Shown: positions 13,378-26,049 of the stretch, in pieces | How positions within the stretch are numbered: the stretch's first letter is position 1 | How the letters are laid out: every line of letters starts with the position of its first letter | NCBI GenBank assembly: GCA_951406725.2 | Contig: OX597814.1 | Span: 154,628,001-154,692,000 of the forward strand | DNA length: 64,000 nt | Source of the DNA: Octopus vulgaris | Taxonomy: Eukaryota | Reading direction: 5' to 3' | The notes under the pieces: generated by a model | The model's input: the letters and a program-made list of their open reading frames with translations, nothing else | Told to the model about the DNA's origin: nothing | Databases searched by the model: none | Made by a program: the position numbers and the translations under genes

Positions 13378-14419
13378 GTACGCATGCATATTATATATGT
13401 GTGTGTGGAGGGGTGTATGTGTGGGTATGTGTGTTTCAATGAGAATTATGGAATTCATAGAAAAGGTCCTTTAGTAGAATTGAAAGCTTAACCCGTGCGT
13501 TTCAAAACATGTTTCATCTTGACAATGTTATATTATAGTCGTCTTGGAGAAAAGTAAAACGCCGAAAAACGCGTGGCTTTAGCTATAGTAAAGCAATTTG
13601 TTGTTGAAACAAACTTATGATCAAAGGATGTCATTACGACTCATGAATACCCTGTCTGTTCCGGAGTGTCTACAACTACATTATCAAATCTCCTTTGCCA
13701 TGTTTTTTCAACAGTAGTGTGTGATTTACCGGAGATTTGATTGCTAATTCTTGTAGATCGAGCGTCTACCTAAGAGCTCCCGTAATGACTTAAATGAAGT
13801 CCACTACTTGAGTGCAGTACCATTTCAAGCAAATTTATTAAACCACAAAACACAGAAAAAATTGTATAACGCAACCAACCTTACATTTACAAGACTCAAC
13901 AAATTATCTCTTCTAACACTTTTCATATCTCCAGGGAAAAGATTAAAATATTAGGCCTAAAGTTAAAAAAAATATATAACAAAGAATGACAAATTAAAGG
14001 AAAGGAAGAAGACAGAAAGAGAAGGAGAGAGAGAGATAAATGAGATAAATCACATAGACATAGGCAGAAATATATGTAATGAATTGAGAGAGAGAGGAAT
14101 TGTAAGGAAAGTGGGAGAAGCTGATTGAGTAGGATGAAGGAGAGGAATTGAAACAAGCGAGATAGAGAAAAGAGGCATTAGTGGGAGGGAAAAACATCTT
14201 GAAGAAACGGGAGAAGCAAAGAAACTGAATGGAAAATACAAATTCCAGAGAGATAAAGAGGAAAAGAGAGTGATAGAGAAAGAAGAGACTAAATGAGATC
14301 TGAATTTTTATCTTCATGTGAAATATGTTCTTAAATTTTCATTCAGCGGGAGATAATCCAAGGGAAAATGAGGAGGGAGACTTAGAGGAAAACATACAAG
14401 GATTATAATGATTTCAAAT

Positions 14420-14625
14420 TTTGGTTCGAAGCCAGAAGTTTTAGAGGAGGGATGAAGTTGATTACATGGGCTCCAGTGCTTAAATGGTACTTATTTTATC
14501 GACCCTGAAAGGAAGGATGATAAAGGCGACCTTGTGGAATTCGAACTCAGAACATAAACAGAGGGAAAAACTGTCACTAATCATATTATCCGAAACTCTT
14601 ACGATTCTACCAGTTCGCCGCCTTA
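14420..14625 (-). mobile_element. Degenerate SINE family B-related copy
   Basis: GGTACTTATTTTATCGACCCTGAAAGG and GAATTCGAACTCAGAAC match the reverse complement of the family B core and B-box. Confidence 0.7.
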
Positions 14626-15030
14626 TGCTCGGATTATAGTAGTTGATCTAGTTTCGACCTATCTTCGAATACACGTGCAGTTATATATATTCACACACGG
14701 TCACACACATACAGATATATTCATACATGCATATATACATATATAATGTTAACTGTCGGAACAAGAAGTAAACAATAAGATGGTTAACTTGCCTGAAGAT
14801 AACTGTGTACTCACAGGTGAAACTCTGAGTAGAAAAGTGAGTAGCTCGACCAAAATAATATATGTGCACACACACACACACACATACATACAGGTACATA
14901 CATGCATATATATATATATATATATATTATTAGTTCTAACTTAATACCACAAAGTGTTCCCTGATGATCTGTTCTGGTTAAGTATCCAAACGCTCTTGGA
15001 ACAACCGATGCAGATTTCATTATGACGTTC

Positions 15031-15229
15031 ATTATGTAAGTCGTTACGCAATGAACGCTCCTCACTTACTTTATGCCTGTGTTCTGTTCGACTGACCATT
15101 ATCTGTGGCTAGCTTGTAGACTATCTGTTTACTTTCTGAGACACTGTAAATTTCGTTGAGGCCTGAGGCGTGACTTGGCCTGAGGATTAGCTACGCTGAG
15201 CAGTGTTCATTGCATAACGACTTACATAA
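15031..15229. repeat. Inverted repeat (~28-bp arms) next to a degenerate hammerhead-like motif at 14955-15003
   Basis: TTATGTAAGTCGTTACGCAATGAACGCT / AGTGTTCATTGCATAACGACTTACATAA; upstream TGTTCC-CTGATGA...CAAAC...GGAACA. Confidence 0.6.
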
Positions 15230-15801
15230 GGGACATCAGCGAGTTATGAAACAATTCCAGCTTATACTCTACTTGTTTCACTCCTTATATTTTTAGCAGC
15301 ATTACTTGGTAAAGTGGGAATTGTATGGAAACCATTAGCTTCTTGAAATTCCTTTTAAACTTCGATATGGAAAGCAGTGTGTAACTTAAGATACTAAATA
15401 TTTATTCTATTGTGTACTGCCTACTCTCTTGTTCTCTATACTAACTGCCGCCTATTGCTTGAAACTTACTAACTTTCTACACTTGGATCCCTCGATCGTA
15501 CTTGCCTACTTACACACACACTCGTATGTATGTATGTATGTATGTATGTATGTATGTATGTATGTATGTATGTATGTATGTATGTATGGATGGATGGATG
15601 TATGTATGCATGTATGTATGTAGTGTAGGCATGTATGTATATATGTATGTCTGTATACTTGCATATATTCTCACGCATATATAAACATGTACATATACAC
15701 ATATAGCCTTAAAAGTAATTATACCTATAAATATACACACATACAACCCCACATGCAATTATCTGTCTATCTAATACACGTATAGATATACGTCACATAC
15801 T

Positions 15802-15851
<50 letters not shown>

Positions 15852-16076
15852 ACACGTACATTTATTATTTTCAAGTCGAAACTTCACAAGTTAAAACTAC
15901 AAGTTTCAAGTTACCCAACTGTAGGAAACATTAAACTCACGGAGTTTCGTCTTGAAAAGGAAAACTATAAACTCTAATTCTTGTATCTAGTTACTTCGTT
16001 ATATCTCTTTAGTGAACACGAGCGTTTATCTATACAGAAATAATATACATACATATATATACTTACACATTCCTAG

Positions 16077-16172
<96 letters not shown>

Positions 16173-16294
16173 TACTTTTGCACAACTCCCATCTACCAAA
16201 TTCGACTCTGTTGCTGGTCAACCTAAGGCTACTTATGGTTAAGGACTTTATCCGTAGTTGTATCAAGAGCATCACACACACGCATACACACAGA

Positions 16295-16510
16295 TAGGTG
16301 CAAGGGTGGGTATGTTGTAAGAAGTTTACTTCTCAACCACATGATTTCGGGTTCAGTCTCACTGCCTGGTACCCGGGAAAAGTGTCTTCTACCCTAGCTC
16401 CAGACCAACTATAGTTTGTGGAGTGATTTGATGGCGAAAACTAAAGGAAGCCCTTCAAGGTGGTGTTCCAGTATAGTGGCAGTCCAATGGCTGAAACAAG
16501 TAAAAGATAA
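16295..16510 (+). mobile_element. Degenerate SINE family A (internally deleted)
   Basis: GGGTTCAGTCTCACTGC head and CTGAAACAAGTAAAAG tail. Confidence 0.7.
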
Positions 16511-16514
16511 AAGT

Positions 16515-16546
<32 letters not shown>

Positions 16547-16547
16547 A

Positions 16548-16593
<46 letters not shown>

Positions 16594-16754
16594 GGGGCAG
16601 GTGTGACTGAGTGATAAGAAACTTGCTTCCCAACCACATACTTCTGGTTTCTGTCCCACTGGTGACACCTTGGACACGTGTCTTCAACTATTGTCTCGGG
16701 CCGACCAAAGCCTTGTGAGTGGGTTTGGTAGACGGAAATTGAAAGCAGCCAGTC

Positions 16755-16809
<55 letters not shown>

Positions 16810-17020
16810 GTGTGTGTGTGTATGAGTGCCTGTTTGTCCCCCTACCACCGCTTGACAACCGATGTTGCTGTGTTTATACTCACGTAAGCTAGCGGTTCGA
16901 CAAAAAGTATCCAATAGAATAAGTACTAGGCTTAACAAAATAGTGATAATAATAATTACTGGCGTTGATTCATTCGACTGAAATCTCTTCGACCAAAACA
17001 TGTAAAAGATAAAAGGATAT
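16594..17020 (+). mobile_element. SINE family A
   Basis: Colinear with 60382-60773, with an internal (TA)n/(TG)n expansion. Confidence 0.8.
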
Positions 17021-17061
17021 GAGTATGTGTGTGTGTGTGTGTGTGTGTGTGTTTGTGTTTG

Positions 17062-17116
<55 letters not shown>

Positions 17117-18292
17117 ATGTGTGTGTACATTGCGAAGTTGAAATTGCTCAAAACAGTTGAAAAATGGCGTAGTTGAAGACGAAAAGCAAAGTTGAATTCG
17201 GCGAGATACCAGTAGATATTTAGCCCGACTCTTTCCCGGTTCTGTCACTCCAACTGTCTGAGAGCGTAGTTATAAGAAAGTTAAGTATGTCATTTATATG
17301 GCTTGAAATTAGTATCCGGATGCTTGTTAATTTGAGTTGATGTCGATGATCCGCTTAGGAATGAAGAAAATCCCCTCGGATAAAAAGGAACAAAATAACA
17401 TCAACCCGATACCAGCGTGAAGCCATATAATGGATTTAATGCTATAGTTATTACTATATAATTTCACATATACACGTTACGTTCAACACACTTTCTTGCA
17501 GCTGTTTATTGAGCACTGTTAATGTTTTCGAACGGAAAATCATAAACCACACACTTAACTTACTCAAACATATACAGGAAAATTCGTGTATGTGTGTTTT
17601 TTTTGTGGTATGTGTGCGTGCGAGTCTGTGTGCGTCGGTGTGCGTGACATATGTTGGGGATGTATTCAATACATGTAATAAAATTTATGTATTCCTTTAC
17701 ATGAAACTATATATAGAGGTAAGTCCCGTTTTACGATGGTCCATTTTACAACTTTCCACATTAACGAGCTTTTCAAGACTCCTAAAAAAAAGTGAAAAAC
17801 AAAAATAAAATAGAAATACCGAACAAATCTCAACTTAGCAACACACACAAGCAATGCCTATTAAGTCTAAACACGCAATATGTGCTTTGGATTTCCGTGG
17901 TGTATTGTGGTATGAGTGATACGGATGGAAGCAGTTGTTTGCGTTCAGTTGGTTGCTTGCGTTTTTACACATTTGTTACCATGTTCACAGCGTTACTGCA
18001 GTCTTTTTTTTTTTTGTTCACCACCATCGGAGCGCGAAGTGTTCTTCACGAGCGTGAGTTCGTGAGATGTTTGTGATATATAAATAGTTTTGATTAGGAA
18101 CCAGAATGAGAAGTATGAACACGGAATGTGCATGTGTACACTGAATTCATAAAACGGAGGAGAAGAGTAAAAACGTAATGCATATGTCAAAGTAAAATGG
18201 AAGAGGAGCAAAATAACGAGTTATGCAATGGTGTGCATGTACGTCTGACACCGATATCAAGCAGCTTTGCTGCAATTTTCTTGTTTCTCAAG

Positions 18293-18692
18293 GTGGCGAG
18301 CAAGCAGAAACGACAGTACGCTGGGCGAAATGCTTAGCGGTATTTCGTCTACGGTTACGTTTCTGAGTTCAAATTCCGCCGAGGTCGACTTTGCCTTTCA
18401 TTCTTTCGGGGCCGATTAAATAAGTACCAGTTACGCACTGGGGTCGATATAATCGACTTAATCCGTTTGTCTGTCCTTGTTTGTCCTCTCTGTGTTTATC
18501 CCCTTGTGGGTAGTAAGGAAATAGGTATTTCGTCTGTCTTTACGTTCTGAATTCAAATTCCACCGAGGTCGACTTTGCCTTTCATCTTTTCGGGGATTCG
18601 ATAAATTAAATACCAGTTGCGTACTGGGGTCTATCTAATTGATTGGTCCCATCCCCCAAAATTTCGGGCCTTGTGCCTAGAGTAGAAAAGAA
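18293..18692 (+). mobile_element. SINE family B, composite (body + tail 1 + second body + tail 2)
   Basis: The core TTCAAATTCC.CCGAGGTCGACTTTGCCTTTCAT occurs twice (~18368 and ~18552) with different tails. Confidence 0.85.
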
Positions 18693-19645
18693 TATTGTAT
18701 TCGGAGTACATTTTCTAATTCGTCAGATTTAATTTAACAGTAAACTGTAATATGAAGAGTATTTAACTGCTATTTCTTGCCTGTCGGGCAACTAGATAGC
18801 GGCTCCTTCCTTGGTTCCTTTTCATCAAATCTTAAAGCTGATGTAAACACCAAGATAATTTTTACATTTAAAAAATGAACCATTATATTTTATAAAGAAA
18901 AGAGTTGTATAAGACGTAGGCTTGTATTACATTAAGTCTTCTTTCATGAAGAATTCCTCTTAGATTCCACTACAATTTCTTAGTCTTATACTCATGCTGT
19001 GAATACGGCAATCACGACAGCAGGAAACGTAGGAATTTTTGTCCAGTGTCATTGATAGCTTTTCAAACATGTTTAGCTTGCGAGAAATCACATTGCAACC
19101 ATTATTCAACTGACTCTTCCGGTATGAATTTAATGTCAAGATTACTTTTTTATTCGTTTACTGTGTGGACTTCTTATTTTTATCGTCCCGTTATGCGCAA
19201 TCGTTAAATAATTGCTTGTTGTTTTCTACTGAGTTAAAAATAAAAATAAACATGAGAAAAGAAACGGATTTTTGGGGGAATTTGCATTGTGATAAGTATA
19301 TAGGCCTAGTCAAGAAGTTGCATTTGCATAAATGCAACTACATTCTTACATTTATGTTTGTGTATGTATATATATGTGTACACACACAAATAGGCATATA
19401 TTTACTGAGAAATACAAACACAGAAACGCACTTATATATCCATGTACACGCGGAGACGTAAGATAACCATTCTCAACAGTCTATTTTCTCAGACAGTGAT
19501 GAGTAGAATTGTTATGTCCTAAAGTGTATCTTCACAGGAAAATTTTTAGGTAACAGAAAATAGCCCCGTTTCCCAACACAATAAAGAGCAGACTCTATCT
19601 AGACAGACACTTACAATTTTTTTCTCGTAAAGTCACAAACAAATA

Positions 19646-19690
<45 letters not shown>

Positions 19691-19697
<7 letters not shown>

Positions 19698-20070
19698 GAG
19701 CAAAACGCCCCCCTCCAATGGACGGTGCTGAGTTGGAATAGAAAAAAAGTCTATCTTTATTTCTTCTTTGGCTGGTGTCTCAAATTTAGGTTAAATCAGT
19801 GTTTCTCAAAGAGGCGGCCCATGGGATGGTCGGACAAGTTGTTTTGAGAAAATTTGCAACAGCTTGCAACAGCTGATGTACTTGCGCGTTCCCACGGCTA
19901 TATCGATCGCATTCTCACCTGGAATCGATTTTTGTAATTTTTTCAAGACTTATATGCTCCCTGATACCGTCGGCATCTACATATCAAATTTGAGCGCAAT
20001 CGGATGGAGGATGCCCGAGATCCTAGAAGACACACACACAGATAGACAGACAGAACGGATTTTATATTAT
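19691..20070 (-). mobile_element. Non-autonomous Helitron-like element (family H1)
   Basis: Shares both ends with 47644-48367; minus-strand 3' hairpin CCGTCCATTGGAGG followed by CTCGTGTATA; internal GACA/CA repeat near the 5' end. Confidence 0.7.
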
Positions 20071-20092
20071 ATATATATATATATATATGTGT

Positions 20093-20145
<53 letters not shown>

Positions 20146-20150
<5 letters not shown>

Positions 20151-20368
20151 GTAGTTCGTTCACCCTCAACTCAATCAACATTGAAAGATATTATACCCGA
20201 CTGAGCCATCAAATATTAAATATGATACGTACTATATCTATTCAGAAACCCATACTTTCCATTATAGATATAGTACGTATCATATTTAATATTTGATGGC
20301 TCAGTCGGGTATAATATTTTTCAATGCTGGTTGAGTTGAGGGTAATTCTGTCTCTAAAACTACTTTTA
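20146..20368. repeat. Fold-back element (~80-95-bp arms, short spacer)
   Basis: TTATACCCGACTGAGCCATCAAATATTAAATATGATACGTACTATATCTAT is exactly mirrored by ATAGATATAGTACGTATCATATTTAATATTTGATGGCTCAGTCGGGTATAA. Confidence 0.92.
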
Positions 20369-20440
20369 TATTTATGAATAAAATATTGAGAGAAGTTCAC
20401 TTTAGTACCTTTAATTTGAACGTCTCATTCCTATAATAAT

Positions 20441-20487
<47 letters not shown>

Positions 20488-20491
20488 CACA

Positions 20492-21570
20492 CAAATACGA
20501 CAGAAGTAAATAGACAGACTATAAATCATCGTTTTATGTTATTTTAACTTGAAAGGTTTATATTCTCTATTAATTGACATTTTTATTCTTCAGGCTCTAC
20601 ATGTGACTGTTTAATCACACCACGTAGAAAAGGAGCCTTGGAACTGTCTGAATTTCAAAGAGGCCTATATTGGATCAATCTGAAAGTGGTCTCAGCGTAA
20701 AATCGCAGAAAACCTTGGGATCCCGCTTTCTATAGTTAATAGGGTGATTGTGTAATTTACCAGAGAAGGAAAGGAGTCTACATTACCTCGCCCAGCTCGC
20801 CCGGGGCCTTCTGACAGGACCCTTTACTTTGTTAAAAGAAGTGTGAAGGATAATCCTCGTTGCAAGGCCTCTGACATAAATGATTGGGCGAGTGAGATGG
20901 CGGAGAGGCCACTAGTATTTTGGGACATTGTCATATTCTCTGACGAGTCCAGATTTGCTGTATTTTCTGAGAGTGAAGGTCTGGAAACTCTGTGATCAAG
21001 AATTTGACGTGAAAAGATTGCAGCCAACAATGAAACACGGCGGCTATTCTGTGATGATCTGGGGAGCAATTTGGAGCAATGGTCAATCAGAGCTGGTGGA
21101 GTGTGAAGGAAACATAAACTCAGATAAATATGTGTCCATATTACAGAAAGGACTCCTTCTAATCTCCAGGGATTAAAGAAAACTTTTTGGTACATGGCTA
21201 AAAATACCCAAGATTGGTTTGAAGAGCATGACATTTAAAAGCTTCCATGGTTAAGCCAGTCACCAGATATGAAACCTATTGAAAATATCTGGGGCATAAT
21301 GGACAGGACACTTCGTAAAAAGAAAAAGAAAGCATCCTCAAAGTCAGATCTTTTGAGATTATTGCATGAAACTTGGCAAGAAATTCCTCAAGAGAATATT
21401 CGTTATCTGATCAGTAACATGCCTAATAGGGTCCTTGTATTGAAAAAAGCAATGGGCATGTCTACTAAATATTAGATATTCACATTATAATAATAAATAA
21501 TTTGAATATATAGCTTCAGATTTAAATAAGTTTTAACGATAAGGGTGTCTATTCACTTCTGTCATATCTG
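20492..21570 (+). mobile_element. Decayed Tc1-like transposon
   Basis: TIR CAAATACGACAGAAGTAAATAGACA / TGTCTATTCACTTCTGTCATATCTG; transposase motifs ELSEFQRG, FSDESRF, KHGGYSVMIWGAI, PW.SQSPDMKPIENIW in broken frames. Confidence 0.9.
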
Positions 21571-21727
21571 CGTGTATATATTAGAGTACTCAATGTCATA
21601 GTAGGGATTAATAACATTTTTATTTTGGTCATGTCAATTCCTTGCACCTCAAGAGCTTCGCCGGTGTACTCATAGGGTCATCAGGCAAGTTATATGTGCA
21701 CGCGGCAAACACACACATCACATGAAT

Positions 21728-21970
21728 ACCTATTTCTTTACTACCCACAAGGGGCTAAACACAGAGAGGACAAACAAGGACAGACAAAGGGATTAAGTCG
21801 ACTATATCGACCCCAGTGCGTAACTCTTACTTATTTAATCGATCCCGAAAGGATGAAAGGCAAAGTCGACCTCGGCGGAATTTGAAGTCAGAACTCAGAA
21901 CGTAGCGGCAGACGAAATATCGCTCAGTATTTCGCCCGGCGTGCTAACGTTTCTGCCAGCTCACCGCCTT
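21728..21970 (-). mobile_element. SINE family B with probable TSD
   Basis: Reverse complement of family B; flanks share ATCAC(A/T)TGAATACCT. Confidence 0.9.
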
Positions 21971-23956
21971 AATCACTTGAATACCTTTGCATATATAATA
22001 ATAAGCAGAAAGAGGTCGCGTCTAGACCTGTCCACTAACTCCTCACTGAATCAATACCGCGCTCAACCTACTATCAATGACATGTTTATATGCAAAGCTC
22101 CCAAATATATCCTCTTAAAATAATTTAATGTCTTATTTAACACAGAATAAAGGCATATGGATAGTGTTGCACTCTTACTTGTTTCATTTATCAGGCTGTG
22201 ACCATGTTGTGGTACCATTTTGAAGACCTTTTGTCGATCATATCGATATCCCAGTATCTAAATATTTTAAAGTCTGGTATTCATTTTACTGATCACTTAT
22301 CACTTAACTATTAAATTAAGCAAATGCAACGTTTCTCGTGCAGCGAAGGTGGATTTAGCGAATGGTTCTCAGAGAAACAGGAATAAAGTTCAAATGTATT
22401 TTGCTACTATATTTGTTTTTAGTTTCTTTGCGAGTTTCTTTTACTATTAACTTCGTTTTTAGGAAAGCGATTCAGAGACATTGAACAAATGTCAGGCAAT
22501 GAACAACAATAGTAAAAAAAAGCAAGGACATTGAATAATTTAATAATATTGTTTAATAATAATGTCGATGTTGAAAATCCTTTCATAGCACAACGATTGG
22601 TGAAGTAGGATTACACATAAGCTTGAATATTAACCCAATGAAAAAGACATAAGGAACTGAAAATGTTATGGTCAAATTGCAAGGCTAAACTATGAAGAGA
22701 GTAGAGTAAACCATCTCTATAGATTTTATATAGCTTCTAATATAGATGATTGGTGTTGTGTATGACTTAGTATTGAACAGATGATATAGGAAACAAACGC
22801 AGAATTCTCCACAGAGTATTTCTATATAAAATATTAACGAAATATTATTGAGTGTATTGAAAATTGTTGATGGATTCAAAGGCACTGAATATTTTATGGC
22901 CTGTGAAAAATTCACTCCAAAAGTACACGAATGAACTAGGGACATTCTACGCTGCTAGAAAGAGTAGCCAATTTTATCTCGTTTTAAAAAAGTGACATTA
23001 AATATAATATCTAAATACAGGCGGTTTGAATGTGTGTCATCGCATCTCTAGGGATAAACATAAGCAACAACAATAAAAACCGAGCACAACTGCGTATTTC
23101 TGAATGTTTACTTGATTTAAGATGTAAAAGCTTAGAAAATCAACAAAGAAATAGAGAAAACTTGGACTCCGTCCAAATAAGTATTTTAGTAACGTTTTAT
23201 GTGAGATGAGACAGATCAAAAGCAACGAAGTTATTTGATATATGTTTGTTCAACCCACAGTATCATCCATTATCATGGAAATATGATGAAATATTCAGGT
23301 TGTTGTCTAACACAAGGTCAACCCTGATCAGGTAGATCTACAACGTAAAGTATCCTAGCTTTGACCGTCCCGTCATTTTGATTTCATCATTGTTAAATGT
23401 TTCGTTCCTGTTTTAAGATAGGATGCGAATTGAGGTAATTTGGTTGATATTTCTAATAGATCAAGCGACTGTGTAGAGGCTCCCTTGTTTTCTCGTGTGA
23501 GACATTTGAAAATAGAAAAATTGGATATCCCAGTAAATATTTGAAACAAAGACTTTTACAAGGAAACAAACCATGAGGTGCTCCAGTTGACAAACGAACT
23601 AAAATAATTGAAAGAAGCTAAAAAAAGAAAGATAGATGATAGTTTTGTTCCTAAGTGGTTATACCGATAAAGATGCGCAATGTTGAATCTCATTTGTAAA
23701 TATCAAACACAATTCTTTGAATAAATACTTTAAGAATTGATTGATTCTATTTTATAAGTTTATACTCAATAACAGCAATGAACAGATTTTTTGTAGATCT
23801 AAAAGTTAAGATCAACATGTTAACTTTTGTTGCGTGGACTTAACTGATATTAGAGTTAAAGGTAGCTGAAATCTTACCTAGTCATTCCAAGGTACTTTTG
23901 ATCGTTTTAATTTTCAAGCTAGAAGGCTGATGTGATTTTTATTATTTAGTCTAAGA

Positions 23957-24410
23957 AGGGCAGCGAGCTGGCAGAATCGTTACGGTACCGAGCAAAAGGC
24001 TTAGCGGCATTTCGTCCGTCTTTACGTTCTGAGTTCGAATTCCGTTAACCGAAGTCGGCCTTGCTTTTCATCTTTTCGGGGTCGATAAAATAGTACCAGT
24101 TGAGTTTTGGGTGATGTAATCGACTATTCCCTTTCTTAAAATTTTCAGGCCTTGTGCCTATAGTAAAAAGGATTATTTAATCTAAGGAGGCGGTGAGCTG
24201 GCAGAATTATTGGTGCATCGGATAAAATGCTTTGTAGTATTTCTTCCACCTCTTAACGTTCTGTGTTCAAATCCCGCCGAGACCGATTGGTTTTTTTTTT
24301 ATCCTTTTGTGGTTCATAAAGTAACTACCAGTTGAGCACAGGGGCTGATGTAATCAACTTGTTCCCTTTACCTAAAATTGCTGGCCGAGTGCCAAAATTT
24401 GAAACCGTTA
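23957..24410 (+). mobile_element. Two adjacent SINE family B-related copies (tail 2 type)
   Basis: GAGCTGGCAGAAT heads at ~23965 and ~24195, each followed by core and GTGCC-containing tail. Confidence 0.8.
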
Positions 24411-24519
24411 TTAGGTTCTAAGAAAGAAAGTCAGTAACTGTGACTCCTGAGAGTCATTATAGACTAATGAAGTGACAACAGTTTATAATGACCACTCGAA
24501 TCTTTAGTCCTACATAGTA

Positions 24520-24835
24520 GGAAATAGGCAGTAACGGAATTCCACAATGTTATTGTCATGGTGAAGAAAAATTTGTTACGTATTTTGTTTGGGGTCTGAG
24601 GAGGAGTTATTTGGAGCAATGAGAGGAGAACGGGAATGAATATTGAGTTTGGTTAGACAGGATTTGTACAGTTTATTATTACTTTAGACGTGGAAAAGGC
24701 TCCAAGGAAACTTGGAGAGACAGTGGGAGTACACAATGCGTAGATTGGCTTGTATAGGGAATAGTGTATAGGGAATCGTAAGCTGTCTGGTGCCTGTTTT
24801 TAGGATGTAATATTGCGTGGTTGTCTTTGCAAGAA
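24520..24835 (-). mobile_element. Possible old CR1/L2-like C-terminal relic, interrupted by mariner
   Basis: Minus-strand RNKFFFTMTITLWNSV resembles the FF..R.I..WN.LP terminal motif. Confidence 0.35.
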
Positions 24836-24838
24836 CTA

Positions 24839-25381
24839 TTTGGTTGTCCAGAAAGTTCGTGCCGATTTTTAAAGGAAAGAAAAAGGTCAATAAATACTTG
24901 CAGTTACATTTTTGATCAACCAAATATGAACCATTTTGTTGCACTATGCGTCTCCGTCTTTCTTTTACCTTGAAAATACCCTTTTCCCAGAACTGAGGTG
25001 GTTTCATGGTAAAGAATTCATCAAGGTATCTTTTTACGTCATCCAAGGAATTGAAACTTTTACCATTAAGACTATTCTGCAGAGACCTGAATAAGTGGAA
25101 ATCCGAAGGAGCAATATCTGGTGAATATGGAGGGTGGGGTAACAGCAATTTTTGTCTGGTTCCCAAAGGATCAAGTGTCGAAAATGAACTTTCTCATCTT
25201 ACATTTTAAAGGGTTACAGAATTAACACAGGTTATATGAACATAAACCTTCTTCCACGATAGCTTAAACTGTGCTTTAAATGAAGGTGTAGTCAAATCCT
25301 ATTTTATGGACTCAACCATGTTCTAAAATAAGTCGAAAGGTAAGCTACTATAAATCGGCACGAACTTTCCGGACAACCCAA
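24839..25381 (-). mobile_element. Internally deleted mariner element (same family as 12341-12883)
   Basis: Same TIRs and TA flanks; HPPYSPDIAPSDFHLFRSLQNSLNGK carries the mariner YSPDLAP.D motif. Confidence 0.95.
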
Positions 25382-25865
25382 TAGTTTAAAGAATCAATTC
25401 GTTAGTGTTAGATGAATGAATACATGAGAATTGAAAACGATTTGTCAAGAAGGTAAAATAGACATGAGTTCAAGTAACTTTCATTTTTTTTTTTGTTATC
25501 AAGGTTGTGAACGAGAATTGGCAAAATAATAATTATCAATAAAACTAGGCTTCAAAACAGAATAATATATACACGTAACTATAAGGAAGGTTTAGAGAAA
25601 GTCATTTATGATTCTTTATCAACTACATTAAGACAAGTGAATTGATATACATCAGCACCTGTAAATTGAATGTAGCAGCCAGAAATCAAAACCAAGTTAA
25701 CATAGAGTATCAACATATTAAAATTTACTTTTGAGTAAAGTTGAGTGCTCCCTAGGGAGCAGTGAAGAAGTAAGACGAAACGACCGTCGTCCAAAATAAA
25801 GCTTCCAATACACTCTATTAATCATTTACAATACACACACACACACACATGCGCATATATATATA

Positions 25866-26040
25866 CGGAGAAAAAAACAAGAAAAAGCAACACGAAGATG
25901 TGGTGCATCCAAAGTATCATTGATAAGACTCTCAGGTAAGGAAAGGATGTTTTACGTTTCGAGCAATGCTCTTCTTCAGAAACAGGAGACAAAGGAAAAT
26001 CCAAGAGAAAAGGAAACCAAGAAAAAAATCGCCAACAATC
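25866..26040 (-). mobile_element. ~180-bp hammerhead-bearing short element (family R1)
   Basis: Starts ATTGTTGGCGATTT on the minus strand, like the copies at 32230, 46214 and 63220; ends in (TA)n. Confidence 0.75.
25948..25984 (-). ncRNA. Minimal type-I hammerhead ribozyme motif
   Basis: TGTTT-CTGAAGA-A-GAGC-att-GCTC-GAAA-CG-TA-AAACA; 5-bp stem I, intact core, loopless palindromic stem III. Confidence 0.78.
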
Positions 26041-26049
26041 AACATATAT

